Source: Mustelus asterias (Eukaryota). Taken from it: a stretch of 64,000 nt of DNA. Every line of letters begins with the position of its first letter. Position 1 is the first letter of the stretch. The translations under genes and the position numbers were made by a program. The DNA is taken from the NCBI RefSeq assembly GCF_964213995.1, contig NC_135815.1, positions 43,524,001 to 43,588,000 of the forward strand. Reading direction: 5' to 3'. This document shows positions 60,611 to 64,000 of this stretch, in pieces. The notes beneath the pieces were generated by a model that made no database searches, had not been told where the DNA came from, and saw only the letters and a program-made list of their open reading frames with translations.

Positions 60611-61977
60611 GGGCTCCTTCTTTGTGATTGAGACAAGTCTCCATTCTGTAGGTTTGCCTGCCCGATTTTCATGTTAGGCATGATCTGGAGATGGGCCCGC
60701 TGCCTCCAGAGGCAGGACTGAGGTGTCCATGGATGTCAGCAGATGGTGAGGCTGGCAGGTTGGAAGGCTAGCCTCTGTTTACTGGGATATTGGCCCAATT
60801 CTATTCATGGTTGTTCGGTCCTATTACTGTCATGCCTCAACCTTCCCAGCCTCAGTCTTGGAACTCAGCCATGCATTCATAATTGAGCCATCTGGAAAAA
60901 ACAGATGTCTAACCATCTATTGAACATGCGTTTATTGATACAGTTGATTACCTGTTTCTGATGATAGAGCCACCCATCTGCTCCATTCTTTTTCCAAAGA
61001 CGCAATGAAATTTCAATCAGAGAAGTTTGACAACTGTTCAATTCTATTCAATGATTGAAAAGGTTTCTGAACTTTAAATCACAGTAATAATCATGATTAA
61101 TTTCCAGATGATTCATTTAAATCAGATTTTCAGTATTATTGAATGTAAAAGAGGATGTTTTTAAGCATTGGTTAAGGTATTGTAATACAAGTGCATGCTT
61201 CCACAATGTCAATTTAATGGTCACTTAACTTATAAGGACAGAGCCCTCTGGTCAATCATTGTATTGAAAGCATCCTTAAATCATCATAACCCATTATGCT
61301 ATGACATTTGAAGTTGGCAAGGCCTTTGACACTTGCCTATCAAAATGTACCTGACTCCACAGCAGGCTTCCCCCAAGCCTCACAAAGTGACTGATCTGGC
61401 ATGGCTCCCAGACTTCAGGAACACATCCAGCTTGCGGAAGTACTGTTGCCGGTGAAAATTGGATTAGCAACAGGCATTTAAATGGTGACTCCGGTGTTCC
61501 TTTGGGTGAGCGTTGGATCATGACCAACCATGTTTCTTACCCTGGAGCAAATGGAGTTTGTTGGGAATTGTAGGCGGGTTTAAAATTGCGGCCCTGCATG
61601 TTACCACTTGGGTTCTCTCAGCATCAGGAGGGAAAAATTCAGCCCAAGACACCGGAATAAAGGATTGTAGTCTTGGAGTTTGCTCTCACAACGAGGCAAG
61701 TGTAAGGTAGAATTTACCAGGGAAATGCTTATCGATGCCACAGGATGATGATAAAAATACACAGAGAGTAAACTCCACACATTGCAAAAAGTATTTTGGT
61801 AGTTTTTGGATGATCACGTACATGTGCGCGCACACACACACACAAACACATTAACTCCTTAAATGTAAAAACACCCGCGTGTTTTGCTCAGAGAGGTTTC
61901 TTTGTTCAACTTCAGTATTATTACAGTTTTGGAAGAAGTGTTACGGTCTACTGTTTAAGGGGGACTTCAGACTTTCA

Positions 61978-62194
61978 GGGCGGGGTTTTCTGGCCGTTCC
62001 TGTCAGCAGGATCTTCCAGTCCTGCCGATAGTGAACCCTCACAATGGATTCCCCGTCTGCAGAGGGTGCAAGCAATGGAAGACCCCGTGGACAGCAATGG
62101 GACCAGAACATCTAACGGCCAGCCAATCAGGCCACTTCCGCTGCCAAAACACACTCCTCAGTGGGTAGGGGAGGGGATTCGGAAAATCCCACCC
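61978..62194. mobile_element. Harbinger-type MITE
   Basis: GGGCGGGGTTTTCTGG...GGAAAATCCCACCC. Interior related to 51852-52047 in reverse orientation. Confidence 0.6.
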
Positions 62195-62304
62195 ACACCT
62201 TCAAACAATTAGGATTTGAAAACAAGTAATGAATAATTCAAGGGAAGTTTGAAAAGTAACAAAAAGAAGAAATATACTTCTTATATCTATTTTGAAAAGA
62301 CATA

Positions 62305-63187
62305 GGGGATGATCTTAACGGCTCTTCCTACTAGTCGATCGATGTGGTGAGCCAGTAAGATTGTGCGAGAGGTGAAAAACAAGCTTCATGCCTGGTTTCT
62401 TTCCTCTCATGGTAATGCTGGCACTGTGAAGCTGGTGTGATCAGCCTCATGTCCAGGAAGGAAGCAAAGCTGATTGTGATATTTAAATCTCAATTTAAAC
62501 ATTATTAGTGAGCCCAGGATAGAGTCGTCCGGACTCACTTGCCTTAACTGCCTTGCACCGGTGAGGATCACATATGGTCTCCAGCAATGCGGACCAGACG
62601 TGATGGTCTTGCTGGTGAGACTGGAAGCCATTGAGGCTCCTCAGGTGCTCAGTGGTGGGGGGGCGGGTGCGGTGCTCCTTGGTACCCTGGCACTGTGGGG
62701 GCTGCACACTCTACAATTAGGGATCAACTTCAGTGGTGATTGACTGGGAGGGTATCGGGGTGGTGATTGGCCGAGGGGGGGGGGATATGGGGTGGCAATC
62801 GGCCAGGGAAACAAGCTATTGGCTATGGAGGCCAGCAATGGGCTGTGAAGGCCAGTGATCGGGGAGAACAATGTCTTGGGGGGGTGAGGAATGGGGGAGG
62901 GCTATATCTCAGGGTGGGGGGGGGGGTGCATTGGGGGGAGTGACAGACTTCTCAATGTTCTGTGTAGAAGTGTACACAGAACACTGAGAGATCAAGGTGC
63001 ATGCGCAATAGTGCATCTTGCAGTTAGCAGCCGGCTTTCTAGTCAGAATATACTCCGTCCATTCCCCCTACTGGCGTAAATCACACTTTGCCTTTTTTTT
63101 GCACTAAGTGCCATACGATTGCATCTGAGAGCTTGCCCATTTTTACATTTGTTTGGCACTTAGAATTTTTTTGACAAGATCGTCCCC
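62305..63187. mobile_element. Non-autonomous Harbinger-type element
   Basis: TIRs GGGGATGATCTT / AAGATCGTCCCC. Right subterminal GGCACTTAGAATTTTTTT, as in 21-873. Flanks are ATA / TAA, so the TSD is imperfect. Confidence 0.7.
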
Positions 63188-64000
63188 TAAGGAATTAATT
63201 TGTGATGAATATAAAATAGTTTCTAGCATAAAACCACCAAGCACTCAGCCTATGTTAAGTACAGTGATAAACTAGATGATGAGTTAATCTAAGTAACATG
63301 ATATGGGGAAGGGGTGTGGGCGAGCATGGGTCACAAAATATTTAAGGACAGTTTTATTGGGTTGTTGTTCTTGTTTCCTGCACTCAGGGCCAGTTTTACA
63401 AGCTGTGATAAACCATGTTACATTAACTCACTTCCCATGATACCTTAACTTTGACATCATGCTGATCTGTTTACATTATAATAATGGGTCTGGGACTCTG
63501 AGCACAGTGGCATGCTGTGCTTTTAGTGTTAATTAATTAATCATTACACAGACTTGAAAATTACTTAAGGCTTGTTAAAGTAATTCTATTTGTCTCTCAA
63601 AGACGCATTATTCATTTACTTTAGACAGTCTTGCCACAAAACTTGCATTGTAGCTTTTAAACTAAAAAAAATCCACATGGAAAAGATTGCAAAATGCCAG
63701 CTAAACTGGAGAAAATCACTTTCTCGAGCACTACCGCTCTGATGCTAAGCACTGGATTGGTCAAAATCTCTCCTTCAACAAAACTGAAGCCATTATTTTC
63801 AGCTCCTGTCAGCACTAACATGGCTTTGGTTCTGACTCCATCAACTTCCCTGCCTGCCCTCTCAGGCTAAACACAGTTGTGAGGACTGCAACATGTTTTT
63901 TCAGCCTTGTGCTTAGTTTTATGTCACTATTTGGATTGCCTGCAAGACATTCTTGCACTTTTTAAAAATGTTTATTAGTGTCACAAGTGGGCTTACATTA

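Overview
Repeat-dense, mostly non-coding vertebrate DNA. It is very probably from a cartilaginous fish (shark), because HE1-like V-SINEs and CR1/HER1-like LINEs dominate. No intact host protein-coding gene can be recognised, and nearly all long ORFs are retrotransposon or transposase fragments. Main structures: (1) a full-length but disabled PIF/Harbinger transposon (16363-21960, TTA TSD) that splits a SINE and carries a DDE transposase plus a convergent, spliced Myb/SANT gene; (2) an old Gypsy LTR element (39816-48019, minus strand, ATGCT TSD); (3) nested inside the Gypsy, a young non-autonomous Harbinger (44342-45978, TCT TSD) whose interior is a long inverted repeat of two tail-to-tail processed RPL39 pseudogenes, just downstream of a TATA-like motif shared with the autonomous element. 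Structure (3) is the best candidate for an undescribed system: a Pack-Harbinger carrying a ribosomal-protein hairpin. Also present are Penelope-type terminal repeats with hammerhead-ribozyme cores, a U2 snRNA-headed retroposon, a solo LTR, hAT and Harbinger MITEs, Rex1/Babar and L2 fragments, and a ~43-bp minisatellite. Boundaries of old repeats were read by eye and are approximate. Family names come from recalled motifs, not database searches.
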